DNA of 63,656 bases, the filler included, from Nemertoderma westbladi (Eukaryota > Animalia > Xenacoelomorpha): the NCBI GenBank assembly GCA_032718475.1. It is 4 parts of 4 records of this genome, joined end to end, with 100 filler letters (N's around TTAATTAATTAA, not from the genome) between each part and the next. Parts side by side here need not be neighbours in the genome. Positions count along the whole stretch, not along the records: positions 52,403 to 63,656 come from JAUCBJ010005975.1; 3 more parts are not named here. One strand, 5' to 3'. Positions within the stretch are counted from its first letter, which is position 1, and each line of letters starts with the position of its first letter. Position numbers and translations under genes: made by a program. This document shows positions 61,254 through 63,656 of the stretch, one piece after another. The notes beneath the pieces are model-generated. The model was given only the letters and a program-made list of their open reading frames with translations. It searched no databases and was not told the DNA's origin.

Positions 61254-62528
61254 TCAGGGCAGCGGTTCTAGTTGCTCCCGTGTCTTCCCGACTACTTTCG
61301 GCATCTTTCTGTCCTCGAGATCTTGTTGTTTGTAGTAATGCGGCGCCACTTCGAGCAACCATTTCGGTTCAACCTCGATTACTTGACGCATAAACTCCTT
61401 GGTAGTGAACACCAACTCGTGGTAAATCAACCATCGCGGCTGCTCGTCGAACAAACTCGAGTTCGGGTGAACACTAACCGTCTGCTGGTGCTTCACCGTT
61501 TTGTACTGACCGCCCTTCCCGAGTTTCGCCGTGTGGTAGAAGTAGCCCGCGGTGATCGCTTTCCGAATGGCGACGGAATCCCCGGGGTTGGAACTGAGTT
61601 GGACTTCGACCCGATCCATCAACCCAACCAGTTGATCCCGCACATCCCGCGCACGACGCAACGATCTGTGCTGCACGAAGTTCTCGTAACACCACTGCGT
61701 GCTGTACCCCGTCTCTACCCACTGGTTATAAACATTCAATAGAGTTAAATGATCCCCGCCAATCATAAAGAAGTTGGTTCTGGCGTTATCCGCATGAACT
61801 ATCTTATCTTTCGGGCGGTAGAAAACCGACGCATTGCAGTTTAACATCGCCGTGATGCTGAGAATCTCCTCTACGCATCCGAACTTCTGACTCGCTAGTA
61901 TCATCTTGCCCATCACCGGATCAACTGGTAATTCCGCCATCTTCCTCCCCAGAGTCGTCAACTCCCCGCGATGGTTCAACCCGCCCAACGCGTACAACTG
62001 CTCCAAAGCCATCACTAGGGTCTCCTGGGGAGGCGGATCGAGGAAATCGAAGTTTACCAGGTCGTTAATCCCGAGCGACTTGAGGAGAAGAACGACGTTC
62101 CCGAGGTTGGTGCGTTGTATCTCGGGGATTCCGGTCTCCTCCAACTCGTGCCGGAAGGCCCACGCCGTGTACAACCGGAAGCACTTCCCTGCGGCGACCC
62201 GGCCGGCTCGCCCCGCGCGTTGAGCAGCCGACGCGCGACTGCACGGCGCGACCACCAAGGACTCCATCCCGGTCCGCGGGTTGTAACTCTTCTGCTTCCC
62301 GAATCCCGGGTCCACCACGTACACGATCCCGTCGATGGTGAGCGAGGTCTCCGCGATGTTAGTGGCCAGCACCACCTTGCGCGCCCCGCTCGGCGTCGGC
62401 TCGAATATCTTGGCCTGCAGGTCGCTGGGAAGGTTCGCGTATATCGGGAGCACAACGAGTTCGCGGATCTTACCAGCGAGTTTCCTCGCCCGTTCCTGTA
62501 GAGCCTCACACGCCGTCTCTATCTCCTC
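61254..62528 (-). CDS. DHX16: Pre-mRNA splicing DEAH helicase DHX16/Prp2, terminal exon
   Basis: [36 protein letters not shown]2/OB fold, [10 protein letters not shown]. Acceptor CCGCAG|GAG. Confidence 0.95.
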   Translation of the reverse strand, partial: EEIETACEALQERARKLAGKIRELVVLPIYANLPSDLQAKIFEPTPSGARKVVLATNIAETSLTIDGIVYVVDPGFGKQKSYNPRTGMESLVVAPCSRASAAQRAGRAGRVAAGKCFRLYTAWAFRHELEETGIPEIQRTNLGNVVLLLKSLGINDLVNFDFLDPPPQETLVMALEQLYALGGLNHRGELTTLGRKMAELPVDPVMGKMILASQKFGCVEEILSITAMLNCNASVFYRPKDKIVHADNARTNFFMIGGDHLTLLNVYNQWVETGYSTQWCYENFVQHRSLRRARDVRDQLVGLMDRVEVQLSSNPGDSVAIRKAITAGYFYHTAKLGKGGQYKTVKHQQTVSVHPNSSLFDEQPRWLIYHELVFTTKEFMRQVIEVEPKWLLEVAPHYYKQQDLEDRKMPKVVGKTREQLEPLP

Positions 62529-62664
62529 CTGCGGCCAAATACAGAACAATTAATAGCAACAGAACAATGCGATTAAATTTTAGTCATTAATAATTTACTA
62601 AATAGCATTAGTTACAGTTTATATCTTTCAAGTTATCACAATTATAAGAAACCGAACGAGAAGT

Positions 62665-62777
62665 CCGGACAATTGCGACCCGGACAATTGCGACCCGGAC
62701 AATTGCGACCCATGCTTTTAAATAAAAATTATGGGTCGCAATTGTCCGGGTCGCAATTGTCCGGGTCGCAATTGTCC
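62665..62777. repeat. Palindromic mini-element: (CGGACAATTGCGACC)3 plus inverted copies
   Basis: Three direct 15-mers, an AT-rich spacer, then three inverted 15-mers. Confidence 0.9.
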
Positions 62778-62789
62778 TAACATCTCAAC

Positions 62790-63020
62790 TCCCATCTCGG
62801 CGAATTAATATCTCGCCTCAATGTTAAATTACCGGTAACTATTTAGGGAAAGGAGCAGGCTACAGTACAATGGCACGTTATTATTATAATCAAAACAATA
62901 AACTAAAGTCAATAGAACAGGTTACAGTTTTATTTTTGGGAGTAAATCAGGTATTATTTGAGACGATTTTCAAATGAGGAGGGATGAATTTAGTTTGCGT
63001 CACGAATCCCCCCCTATCCG
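62790..63020 (-). mobile_element. Repeat family A copy in DHX16 intron
   Basis: Reverse complement of 2350-2605. Confidence 0.7.
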
Positions 63021-63296
63021 TGTGTAGTAGAACCGCGGGGATTACTATCGCAGACTTTTACTATTTTAATTCAATAATATTTTTTTGATCGAAAAAGTAC
63101 CGAGTAGGTGATATTATTGCGAAAAAATTGTATTTTATAGCGACACAGTGCCGGTCCACTCAAAATTAATATCAGACTGTTTCACTTTTCGATTCAGCTT
63201 GCTGTGCCAACCTTCTGTTAGGGAACTATTTATCAGAAAGTACAGGCCGTATAAACTAATAACAAAACGATATTTATAATAAATCGAACTGCCAAC

Positions 63297-63656
63297 CTGT
63301 CCGGTTAGGAACACGAGAATATCGCCGGGTTTCTGTGTCGTGTGGATCTGCAAGGCCGTAACGACAGCGGCCTCCAGGTAATCGGCCTCGGGGGCCGCCG
63401 TGTAGTAGACGTCAACGGGGAAGCGTCGGCCCGGGATACGAAAGATAGGGGCGCCGTCGAAGAAATCCGAGAACTTATCGCAGTCCATGGTGGCGGACGA
63501 GACGATGAGTTTGAGATCGGGGCGGAATCTCGCGATGTCCTTAACGAGTCCGAAGAGGATGTCGGTATGGAGACTGCGTTCGTGGGCCTCGTCAATAATC
63601 ATAACGCGGTAGGCCGCTAAATCCGGCTCCGTGAGGAATTCCCGCAGCAACATCCC
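63297..63656 (-). CDS. DHX16: DHX16/Prp2 exon (continues beyond window)
   Basis: [29 protein letters not shown]. Donor CAG|GTTGGC; splicing restores the conserved FLTGQEEIE. Confidence 0.95.

Noticed and set aside
63135-63296. C-terminal extension of ORF 63135-63653
   Set aside because: It is intron read-through past the FLTGQ donor.

Overview
AT-rich animal nuclear DNA, probably from an invertebrate. GT-AG introns and a Cys-loop receptor exon point to a eumetazoan; I cannot name the species. This is a draft scaffold with three 100-bp gaps, each containing an artificial TTAATTAATTAA linker. Host genes: a secreted fibrinogen-related protein with two tandem FReD domains (minus strand), an intronless CDC20/fizzy, an isolated nicotinic-receptor-like exon pair absent from the ORF track, the last three exons of an ABCA transporter, and the 3' part of DHX16/Prp2 converging on it. 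Most of the rest is transposable element sequence: an IS3EU-like DDE transposase relic paired tail-to-tail with a zinc-ribbon/HECT gene, two BEL/Pao relics each followed by orphan GC-rich ORFs (one hiding two CCHC knuckles), six copies of one RTE LINE family, CRE-like LINE relics (one fused to a Ulp1 protease), an internally deleted L2/Daphne-group LINE, an Academ-like relic, many MITEs, and minisatellites. All family calls come from motifs recognised by eye; no database search was run.
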